Assembly: GCA_963662585.1 (NCBI GenBank)
Contig: OY759729.1
Location: forward strand, 3,008,001 to 3,072,000
Direction of reading: 5' to 3'
DNA from: Candidatus Cloacimonadales bacterium
GTDB lineage: Bacteria > Cloacimonadota > Cloacimonadia > Cloacimonadales > JAFGVF01
Length of the DNA stretch: 64,000 nucleotides
Part shown: piece after piece, positions 10,159 to 17,960 of the stretch
Numbering within the stretch: position 1 is the first letter of the stretch
Layout: the number at the start of each line of letters is the position of its first letter
The notes under the pieces: model-generated
Told to the model about the DNA's origin: nothing
Databases searched by the model: none
Seen by the model: only the letters and a program-made list of their open reading frames with translations
Position numbers and translations under genes: made by a program

Positions 10159-11346
10159 GTGTTCTCTAAAAGAAAAGAAGCCAAGATGTGGGATTTGCAC
10201 TTGGAAATTGCAAAATCTCAACTAATCAAGCATAAAGAAATATTATGTGGAGACTCCATCATTATAGATAAAGATTATGAGAGAGAGACTGCTTCAATAA
10301 TTCTTTCAGATGGATTAGGAAGTGGGGTAAAGGCAAATATTCTTTCTACTTTAACAACAAAAATTATCTCTGTAATGCTTCAGAACTGTCGTAATATTGA
10401 TGAAATAGTTGATACTTTGACAGATACTCTTCCGACCTGTAATGTGAGAAAATTAGCTTATAGCACCTTCTCAGTGGCTCAATTTCTTCCTGATGGAAAG
10501 CTTCAATTAGTAGAATATGATAATCCACCTGCTTTCTTTGTTCGTAAGGGAAAAGTTTTAAAACTAGATTACCAAACACGAGAGATAAATGGTAAGAAAA
10601 TCAATGAAACTACTCTCGAAGTTCAAGAGGGCGATCTTTTAATCTTTGTTTCTGATGGAGAAACTCATGCTGGTATCGGTGGTATTTGGAATCTAGGTTG
10701 GGGCTGGGAACATATAGCTGAATTTATTGAAAGAATAAGCAAGAAAGCTATGACTGCTAAAGAGATAGCTTTTGAAATTACTAATGTTGCTAATGAACTT
10801 TATGCTAAAGAACCAGGAGATGATACTTCAGCTGTAGTAGTGAAGATTAGAAAGAAGAATTTTGCTACTATGTTAGTGGGAGCACCTCAGAATCCAGATA
10901 ATGATAAAGAGATTGTTAATAAATTAGTCAAAGGTGAAGGACACAAGATAATCTGTGGTGGAACTACTAGTAATATCGTAGCTAGAGAGATGAATGAAAA
11001 GCTAGAAGTAGATTTAGCTACAATTCAAACAGGTATTCCTCCAATCGGAATTATTAAAGGGATAGATTTATGTACTGAAGGCATTATTACCATAAGTCAT
11101 GCTCTTGAACTATTAAAATCAAATCCTAATTACAAGAGATTAGAAATCAATTATGATGGCGTAAGTCGTTTAGTTAGAGAGCTTCTCTTAGCAGATGAAA
11201 TAACCATGATGATTGGTCAATCTTTAAATAGTGCTCACCAAACTTCTAATATGCCAAAAGAGTTTGGAATGAAAAGAAAAATTATGGAATCTATTTCAGA
11301 TTACTTAACTGATATGGGTAAAGTGGTTCATTTAGAATATTACTAA
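10159..11346 (+). CDS. SpoIIE/PP2C-type Ser/Thr phosphatase (HfsC-like)
   Basis: LCGD, ILSDGLGSGVKANILSTLT, FVSDG and PGDDT metal-binding motifs; typical hydrogenase-operon context. Confidence 0.9.
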   Translation: MFSKRKEAKMWDLHLEIAKSQLIKHKEILCGDSIIIDKDYERETASIILSDGLGSGVKANILSTLTTKIISVMLQNCRNIDEIVDTLTDTLPTCNVRKLAYSTFSVAQFLPDGKLQLVEYDNPPAFFVRKGKVLKLDYQTREINGKKINETTLEVQEGDLLIFVSDGETHAGIGGIWNLGWGWEHIAEFIERISKKAMTAKEIAFEITNVANELYAKEPGDDTSAVVVKIRKKNFATMLVGAPQNPDNDKEIVNKLVKGEGHKIICGGTTSNIVAREMNEKLEVDLATIQTGIPPIGIIKGIDLCTEGIITISHALELLKSNPNYKRLEINYDGVSRLVRELLLADEITMMIGQSLNSAHQTSNMPKEFGMKRKIMESISDYLTDMGKVVHLEYY

Positions 11347-11356
11347 AAAAAAATAC

Positions 11357-11387
11357 TTATGTAACTGTTGCGGAGCAAATTACATAA
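11357..11387. promoter_or_regulatory. Intercistronic imperfect stem-loop between the phosphatase gene and hydC
   Basis: ttatgtaa-ctg-ttgc-gga-gcaa-a-ttacataa inverted repeat; function unknown. Confidence 0.35.
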
Positions 11388-11436
11388 TTACAAAATATAA
11401 AAAACATAAAATAAAAAAAACTAAATGGAGGAGTCG

Positions 11437-11940
11437 ATGCATAAGACAAAGACTGTTCAAGAACCTTTGAGAAATTTTGCAAAGGTAAAGGAAATAATTG
11501 AAAAGTATGGTACAGAAAGAAGCGCTTTAATCCCTGTATTACAAGCAATTCAAGGTGAATTTAGATATTTACCACAAGAGATGTTATCATTTGTAGCAAC
11601 TGCTATGGGAATTCCTCAAGCTGAGGTTTTTGGAGTAGCAACATTTTATGCTCAATTCTCAACTCAACCAAAAGGAAAGCACATTGTGCAAGTTTGTGAT
11701 GGTACAGCTTGTCATGTTAGAGGTGCTTCTGATATTATTAAAAAATTCAAAAAAGATCTTCAAATTCCTGAAGGCAAAACCACAACAGATGATTTATATG
11801 TTACATTAGAAACAGTATCTTGTCTAGGTGCTTGTGCTTTAGCTCCAGCAGTTGTTGTTGATGGCAGAGTATATGGCAATGTCAATTTTGAAGATGTAGC
11901 TAAAATTATTGTAACTATGAAGGAGAGCGACGATGAGTAA
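11437..11940 (+). CDS. hydC: Electron-bifurcating [FeFe]-hydrogenase gamma subunit (NuoE-like, 2Fe-2S)
   Basis: VATFYAQF, VCDGTACHVRG, VSCLGACALAP. ATG 11437 follows GGAGG (alternative start 11425). Confidence 0.92.
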   Translation: MHKTKTVQEPLRNFAKVKEIIEKYGTERSALIPVLQAIQGEFRYLPQEMLSFVATAMGIPQAEVFGVATFYAQFSTQPKGKHIVQVCDGTACHVRGASDIIKKFKKDLQIPEGKTTTDDLYVTLETVSCLGACALAPAVVVDGRVYGNVNFEDVAKIIVTMKESDDE

Positions 11941-13858
11941 GATATTTGAAGAATTAACTCTTGAAGCAGTAAATACACCTAAAATACCTTGCCGTGAATT
12001 CATTAATGCCAAATTGGGATTAGTTGAACTTAGTGATGAAAAGATTAAATTAGCTGAAGAATTATCTACAATTTATAGAAGAGAATCAGGTGTCTTTGAT
12101 TGTCAGATTGCTCTTTGTAAAGGAACAGGATGTCACTCTTCAGGAGAAGTAGCTCTCTGGGAAAAAATTGACCAAGTATTAAGAGAAAAAGGTATTAGAG
12201 ATAAGGTTAATATCGTAGAAACAGGTTGCCGTGGATTCTGTGAAATGGGTCCATTAGTGGAAATCTTCCCTCAACACATCTTCTACTGTAAAGTAAAACC
12301 AGAAAATATTGAAGATATTATTACCAAAACAGTTATGAATAATGAAGTAATTGAAGAATTACTATTTGATGGTATTCCAATTGCTGAACAGATTCCATTC
12401 TATAAAAAACAAGTAAGAAGAGTGTTAAAAGAATCAGGACATGTAAATCCTGAAAATATCAATGACTCAATAGTTCATGAAGCTTATCAAGGTTTCTTAA
12501 AAGCAACTCAAATGACTCCTGAAGATGTTATTGATACAATGAAACAATCAGGATTAAGAGGTCGTGGTGGTGGAGGATTCTCAACAGGTTTGAAATGGGA
12601 ATTCACAAGAGCAACACCTTCTGAAAAGAAATATATTATTTGTAATGCAGATGAGGGCGACCCAGGTGCTTTCATGGATAGATCACTCTTAGAAGGTGAC
12701 CCACACAAAATTATCGAAGGTATGATGATTGCTGGTTATGCTATTGGTGCTGATGAAGGCTATATCTATGTTAGAGCTGAATATCCATTAGCAATTCACA
12801 GATTAGAGATTGCCATTGCTCAGTGTAAAGAGTTTGGTATCTTAGGTGAAAATATTCTAGGAACTGGATTTAACTTCAAGTTAAAAATCAAACAGGGTGC
12901 AGGTGCATTCGTATGTGGTGAAGAGACAGCTTTAATATCTTCTATTGAAGGTAAAAGAGGTATGCCAACTGTAAAACCTCCATTCCCATCAACTAGTGGT
13001 CTCTTCGGCAAACCTACAAGTATCAATAATGTGGAAACATTCGCTAATGTTCCTCTTATTCTTAACAATGGTGTAGCTTGGTTCAGACAAGTTGGTACAC
13101 CTAAATCAGCTGGTACTAAAGTATTTGCAATGACAGGTAAAATCAGAAACACAGGTCTTGTAGAAGTTCCAATGGGAATTACTCTAAGAGAGATTGTTTT
13201 TGAAATCGGTGGTGGCTTAAAAGACGGAGCTAAATTCAAAGCAGCTCAGATTGGTGGTCCATCAGGTGGATGTTTAACAGAAGAACATTTAGATATGCCA
13301 TTAGATTATGATTCATTACAGGCTGCTGGTGCAATGGTTGGTTCTGGTGGATTAGTTATTCTTGATGACAAAACATGTATGGTTGAGACTGCTAGATACT
13401 TCATGAGTTTTACTCAGAATGAATCATGTGGTAAATGTATTCCTTGTCGCGAAGGAACAGGTAGAATGCTAGAAATCATGGAAAGAATCGTTATCGGAAA
13501 AGGTAAAATGGAAGATATCGACCTTTTGGAAGAGTTAGCTCATACTATCAAAGATGCAAGTCTTTGTGGATTAGGTAAAACAGCTCCAAACCCGGTTCTT
13601 TCAACCTTGCAATACTTCCATGAAGAATATCTTGCTCACATCAATGAGCAACGCTGTCCTGCTGGAGAATGTGCTTCCTTAAGAGTATTCGAAATTGTAC
13701 CTGAATTATGTAAAGGTTGTTCAAAATGTGCTAGAATATGTCCTAATGATGCTATCACTGGAGAAATCAAAAAACCTTATATCATCAATCAAGAAAAATG
13801 TATCAAGTGTGGCGCTTGTGAATCTGCATGCCCATTCAATGCTATTAAAGTTGGATAG
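11933..13858 (+). CDS. hydB: Electron-bifurcating [FeFe]-hydrogenase beta subunit (NuoF-like; FMN/NADH, N-terminal 2Fe-2S, C-terminal 2x4Fe-4S)
   Basis: SGLRGRGGGGF, CNADEGDPGAFMDR, GAGAFVCGEETAL, ESCGKCIPCREG, CKGCSKCARICP, CIKCGACESACP. Confidence 0.95.
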   Translation: MSKIFEELTLEAVNTPKIPCREFINAKLGLVELSDEKIKLAEELSTIYRRESGVFDCQIALCKGTGCHSSGEVALWEKIDQVLREKGIRDKVNIVETGCRGFCEMGPLVEIFPQHIFYCKVKPENIEDIITKTVMNNEVIEELLFDGIPIAEQIPFYKKQVRRVLKESGHVNPENINDSIVHEAYQGFLKATQMTPEDVIDTMKQSGLRGRGGGGFSTGLKWEFTRATPSEKKYIICNADEGDPGAFMDRSLLEGDPHKIIEGMMIAGYAIGADEGYIYVRAEYPLAIHRLEIAIAQCKEFGILGENILGTGFNFKLKIKQGAGAFVCGEETALISSIEGKRGMPTVKPPFPSTSGLFGKPTSINNVETFANVPLILNNGVAWFRQVGTPKSAGTKVFAMTGKIRNTGLVEVPMGITLREIVFEIGGGLKDGAKFKAAQIGGPSGGCLTEEHLDMPLDYDSLQAAGAMVGSGGLVILDDKTCMVETARYFMSFTQNESCGKCIPCREGTGRMLEIMERIVIGKGKMEDIDLLEELAHTIKDASLCGLGKTAPNPVLSTLQYFHEEYLAHINEQRCPAGECASLRVFEIVPELCKGCSKCARICPNDAITGEIKKPYIINQEKCIKCGACESACPFNAIKVG

Positions 13859-13867
13859 GAGAGAAAA

Positions 13868-15886
13868 ATGACATATCAATATATGGAAGTAAATAATAAA
13901 AAAGTTGAAATTACCGGAAACGAAAAGAATATATTAGAAGTTGTACGCAATATGGGTATTGAAATCCCTACCTTCTGTTATCACTCAGAACTTTCTGTTT
14001 ATGGTGCCTGCAGAATGTGTATGGTGGAAGATGAAAGAGGAAACTTAGTTGCTTCTTGTTCCTTAAAACCACAAGCTGGAATGAAGATTAAAACTCATTC
14101 CAAGAAAATTATGAATACTAGAAGAATGATTTTAGAACTTCTTTTAGCTAATCATCACCAAGATTGTACAACTTGTGAAAAGAGTGGAAATTGTAAGCTT
14201 CAAGAACTTGCTGTTAATATGGGAGTTAAGAAAGTTAGATTTAAACCACGCAAGCCTTGGCAAGATATCGATACTTCCTCAGCTAGTATCGTTAGAGACC
14301 CTAATAAATGTATCCTTTGTGGTGATTGTGTTAGAATGTGTTCTGAAGTTCAAGGTGTTGGTGTGCTAGGCTTCATCAATAGAGGACCTGAAATTAATGT
14401 AGTTCCTGCTTTTGATAAACCAATTGCAGATGTTGATTGTGTGAATTGTGGTCAATGTGTTAGTATCTGTCCAACAGGTGCTTTAACAATCAAAGATGAT
14501 ACTATGAAAGTATGGGAAGCCTTGATTGATCCTAAGAAAAAAGTAGTAGTTCAAATTGCTCCTGCAGTTAGAGTTGCTATTGGTGAAGAATTTAATCACA
14601 CTGAAGGTGCTAACTATCTTTATAAGAGTGTTGCAGCCTTAAAAATGATGGGTGCGGATTATGTTTTCGATACTTCTTTTAGTGCAGACTTAACAGTCGT
14701 TGAAGAAGCATCAGAATTCTTAAATAGAGTTGTTAAAGGGGAAAAACTTCCTCAATTTACATCATGTTGTCCTGGTTGGGTGACTTACGCAGAGAAAAAC
14801 TGTCCAGATCTATTAAGTAACTTATCATCGTGTAAGTCACCTCAACAAATGTTCGGCGCTGTATTCAAAAAGTTCTTTGCGAAGAAAATGAATATTCCAA
14901 CCGAAGAAATGTTCGTTGTTTCAGTAATGCCTTGTACAGCTAAGAAATTCGAAGCTGATAGACCTGAAATGTCTACTGATAGCTACCAAGATGTTGATGC
15001 TGTAATCACAACAGTTGAATTAGCAAGAATGATTAGAAAAATGGGTATCCAATTCGAGGAATTAGAACCAGCTTCATTAGATATGCCTTTTGGTTTCTCT
15101 TCAGGTGCTGGGGTAATCTTCGGAACTTCAGGTGGTGTTGCTGAAGCTGCTTTGAGATATGCAACTGAAAAACTTACTGGTGAAACACTCAATGAAGTTA
15201 ACTTCAAAGAAGTAAGAGGCTTAGCAGGACTAAAAGAAGCCACTTTCAATATCCAAGGTAGAGATATAAAATTAGCTGTTGTCTCAGGATTAGCTAATAC
15301 TCAAGCCTTGATTGAAAGAATCAGAAATAAAGAAGTAAATTATGACTTCGTTGAAGTTATGGCTTGCCCAGGTGGCTGTATCGGTGGTGGTGGACAACCT
15401 GTTCCTAATACTACTGATGCTAGAATGAATAGATCAAAAGGCTTATATGACATTGATGCTAAATCAACTGTTAAAAAGTCTCAAAATAACCCTACCATCG
15501 AAAAGTTATATGACGAATGGTTAAAAACTCCTAATAGTGATGAAGCTCATTACGCACTTCACACTCACTACGGTCACAAGAAAAGGATCGGAGGAATGGA
15601 GATTAAAGATGAAGAAAAAGATGCATCGATAGAAAAGATAGTTATCTCTGTCTGTGTAGGCACAAATTGTTACCTAAAAGGTTCTTATGATGTGCTTCAA
15701 GAATTAATCACTCTTGCTCAAAAACATGGAATCGATGATAAAGTTGAATTTAAAGGAACTTTCTGCCTTGAAAATTGTAGTAATGGTCCTTCAATCAAAG
15801 TCTCTGATGACCTCCATAAATATGGTATTCAAAAAGATGAGACAGAGAAATTCTTCACTAATGTAGTACTTCCGCGTGTTAAATAG
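13868..15886 (+). CDS. hydA: [FeFe]-hydrogenase catalytic subunit, group A3 (trimeric bifurcating type), with a C-terminal thioredoxin-like 2Fe-2S domain
   Basis: Intact H-cluster motifs FTSCCPGW, MPCTAKKFE and EVMACPGGCIGGGGQP. N-terminal 2Fe-2S, His-ligated 4Fe-4S (HHQDCTTC) and 2x4Fe-4S. C-terminal VCVGTNC...FCLENC. Confidence 0.95.
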   Translation: MTYQYMEVNNKKVEITGNEKNILEVVRNMGIEIPTFCYHSELSVYGACRMCMVEDERGNLVASCSLKPQAGMKIKTHSKKIMNTRRMILELLLANHHQDCTTCEKSGNCKLQELAVNMGVKKVRFKPRKPWQDIDTSSASIVRDPNKCILCGDCVRMCSEVQGVGVLGFINRGPEINVVPAFDKPIADVDCVNCGQCVSICPTGALTIKDDTMKVWEALIDPKKKVVVQIAPAVRVAIGEEFNHTEGANYLYKSVAALKMMGADYVFDTSFSADLTVVEEASEFLNRVVKGEKLPQFTSCCPGWVTYAEKNCPDLLSNLSSCKSPQQMFGAVFKKFFAKKMNIPTEEMFVVSVMPCTAKKFEADRPEMSTDSYQDVDAVITTVELARMIRKMGIQFEELEPASLDMPFGFSSGAGVIFGTSGGVAEAALRYATEKLTGETLNEVNFKEVRGLAGLKEATFNIQGRDIKLAVVSGLANTQALIERIRNKEVNYDFVEVMACPGGCIGGGGQPVPNTTDARMNRSKGLYDIDAKSTVKKSQNNPTIEKLYDEWLKTPNSDEAHYALHTHYGHKKRIGGMEIKDEEKDASIEKIVISVCVGTNCYLKGSYDVLQELITLAQKHGIDDKVEFKGTFCLENCSNGPSIKVSDDLHKYGIQKDETEKFFTNVVLPRVK

Positions 15887-15913
15887 AGAATTGTCTCCCA
15901 ATTCCATTTAGTT

Positions 15914-15940
15914 AAAAGCTCCCGCAGGGGGGCTTTTTTT
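15914..15940 (+). terminator. Intrinsic terminator of the hyd operon
   Basis: aaaagctccc-gcag-gggggcttttttt, 28 nt after the hydA stop. Confidence 0.8.
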
Positions 15941-16032
15941 CTAAAATCTATGTATGGGCTGGAAGTCCTATAACGGGGAATATACGGGCATCTCGGCCAG
16001 AGTACAGCACTATAAAAATGAACCATTCTAGC

Positions 16033-16323
16033 AGCTCCGGAGAGCTAAGAAGATTTTGAAGTTTCTTGATTTACTATTAGATTTAGTTCCCACTCTACTT
16101 GAGAGAGAACCATTTATATTTGTAGGAGCCTATTGACATAGGCCCTCAAAGATAAACACCCCGTCTGCTTCGCAGCCACCCCTCTTTTACCGTACTTTCA
16201 GCACTAAAGAGGGGAGTTTAAGATTCACGGACTAAAGGTCCGTAACCCCAGGAATTCAAGAGTATGATAAGCCCTCTTCTGTCTGACGGTGGAGATTCTC
16301 TCCGCCCCAAGCTAATAGCTTGG
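16033..16323. repeat. Cluster of unrelated short palindromic (REP-like) elements
   Basis: agctc-cgga-gagct (16033), gtagga-gcctat-tgac-ataggc (16122), ctgc-ttc-gcag plus cccctcttt/aaagagggg (16154-16219), acggac-taaag-gtccgt (16227), ggtggaga-ttc-tctccgcc (16288), ccaagcta-a-tagcttgg (16307). Confidence 0.55.
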
Positions 16324-16346
16324 CTATTCTTAAAATCCCAATAAAT

Positions 16347-16539
16347 ACTTTCTTTCGTCCGAAGTCCCTTGCCTACGGCTGAGGAACTCCGGTCTCCAAA
16401 ACTTTATGACTGGAGTTGCTCACGAAGTAGCGACTTCCGACAAATCAACTTTTTCGTCCGAAGTCCCTTGCCTACGGCTGAGGAACTCCGGTCTCCAACT
16501 CTTTATGACGGGAGTTGCTCACGAAGTAGCGACTTCCGA
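16347..16539. repeat. REP/BIME-like array, left flank of the RAYT gene (2 x 99 bp units, hairpin A + hairpin B)
   Basis: A = cgtccgaagtcccttgcctacggctgaggaactccggtctcc at 16356 and 16455. B = atgac(g/t)ggagttgctcacgaagtagcgacttccga at 16406 and 16505. Ends immediately next to the RAYT stop codon. Confidence 0.95.
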
Positions 16540-17142
16540 TTATTTACTATGTCTGGTCTCCTCCTCAAGATCAAACATAAGTTCATAAAATTTAATATCG
16601 TTCAAATATTTTTCATAATCATTAATTGTTTTAGAGTAATCACAAAAAACATCAGGATAATCATTTATCAGTTGCTTTGAAAAAAGAGTTCCATCCCTTT
16701 CTCTTAAGTATTCCAGATAGTTGGAGAATTGCCAATTGGATAAATCAGATACTAGATCTGCCTTTTGAGGATTAAAATGTATATATTGGCATAATGTAAT
16801 TAAATAATTATCAGTATGAAGTTGTTTGTGTTGGAGTTTGCCAGCAAACAGTTTTCCGTTTCGTTTATATTTATTATTGTAATACATTGAATAAGATGTG
16901 TTTACTTTATTGAATACATTCCAAATTGGATATTCTGAGTTTTGTCTGATACAAAAATGAAAATGGTTTGGCATTAAGCAATAAGCATAAATCTCAAAAT
17001 TACTATCAGAAATATTCTTCTTAAATTTTTTAAGATAATATTGATAATCATCAGCATCATAATATAATAATGTGTTTGCAACTGCTCGATTATAAATATG
17101 AAAAACTGAACCTTCAATAAATTCTTCTTTTTTGCATCTCAT
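16540..17142 (-). CDS. REP-associated tyrosine transposase (RAYT; HUH Y1 / IS200-TnpA superfamily)
   Basis: FHIYNR, AYCLMPNHFH (HUH), YYNNKYKRNGKLF and YIHFNP (catalytic Tyr) motifs. Probable ATG 17142 after GGAG; the longer ORF-track start at 17208 lies inside the repeats. Confidence 0.9.
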   Translation of the reverse strand: MRCKKEEFIEGSVFHIYNRAVANTLLYYDADDYQYYLKKFKKNISDSNFEIYAYCLMPNHFHFCIRQNSEYPIWNVFNKVNTSYSMYYNNKYKRNGKLFAGKLQHKQLHTDNYLITLCQYIHFNPQKADLVSDLSNWQFSNYLEYLRERDGTLFSKQLINDYPDVFCDYSKTINDYEKYLNDIKFYELMFDLEEETRHSK

Positions 17143-17161
17143 ACATTCTCCAATTTTTTTA

Positions 17162-17960
17162 ATGTCGGGAGTTGCTTTTTCTTTCGTCCGATGACGGGAG
17201 TTGCTCACGAAGTAGCGACTTCCGACAACTCACTTTCTTTCGTCCGAAGAACTCCGGTCTCCAACTCTTTATGACGGGAGTTGCTCACGAAGTAGCGACT
17301 TCCGACAACTCATTTTCTTTCGTCCGATGACGGGAGTTGCTTTTTCTTTCGTCCGAAGTTCCTTGCCTAGGGCTGAGGAACTCCGGTGTCCAACTCTTTA
17401 TGACGGGAGTTGCTCACGAAGTAGCGACTTCCGACAAATCAACTTTTTCGTCCGAAGTCCCTTGCCTAGGGCTGAGGAACTCCGGTCTCCAAAACTTTAT
17501 GACTGGAGTTGCTCACGAAGTAGCGACTTCCGACAAATCAACTTTTTCGTCCGAAGTCCCTTGCCTAGGGCTGAGGAACTCCGGTCTCCAAAACTTTATG
17601 ACGGGAGTTGCTTTTTCTTTCGTCCGAAGTCCCTTGCCTAGGGCTGAGGAACTCCGGTCTCCAAAACTTTATGACGGGAGTTGCTCACGAAGTAGCGACT
17701 TCCGACAACTCACTTTCTTTCGTCCGAAGTCCCTTGCCTAGGGCTGAGGAACTCCGGTCTCCAAAACTTTATGACGGGAGTTGCTCACGAAGTAGCGACT
17801 TCCGACAACTCACTTTCTTTCGTCCGAAGTCCCTTGCCTAGGGCTGAGGAACTCCGGTCTCCAAAACTTTATGACGGGAGTTGCTCACGAAGTAGCGACT
17901 TCCGACAACTCACTTTCTTTCGTCCGAAGTCCCTTGCCTACGGCTGAGGAACTCCGGTCT
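17162..17960. repeat. REP/BIME-like tandem array, right flank of the RAYT gene (about 10 units, period 99-100 bp, several with deletions)
   Basis: Full A hairpins at 17350, 17449, 17548, 17621, 17721, 17821, 17921; deleted A at 17185, 17241, 17321. Full B at 17191, 17271, 17400, 17499, 17671, 17771, 17871; half B at 17162, 17327, 17598. Confidence 0.95.

Noticed and set aside
11437..15886. Respiratory complex I nuoEFG
   Set aside because: The third subunit has complete H-cluster motifs and no other nuo genes are present.
16540..17208. IS200/IS605 insertion sequence with tnpB or omega-RNA
   Set aside because: No tnpB/iscB gene nearby; protein motifs and multiple flanking REPs fit a RAYT better.
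16369..17841. Plus-strand ORFs 16369..16680, 16406..16588, 17327..17641, 17337..17741, 17608..17841
   Set aside because: Frames stay open because the GC-rich 99 bp unit has few stops; no RBS; they overlap each other and the RAYT antisense.
16347..17960. CRISPR array
   Set aside because: Linkers between hairpins are short and themselves repeated, with no unique spacers; no cas genes in the window; the adjacent gene is a RAYT.
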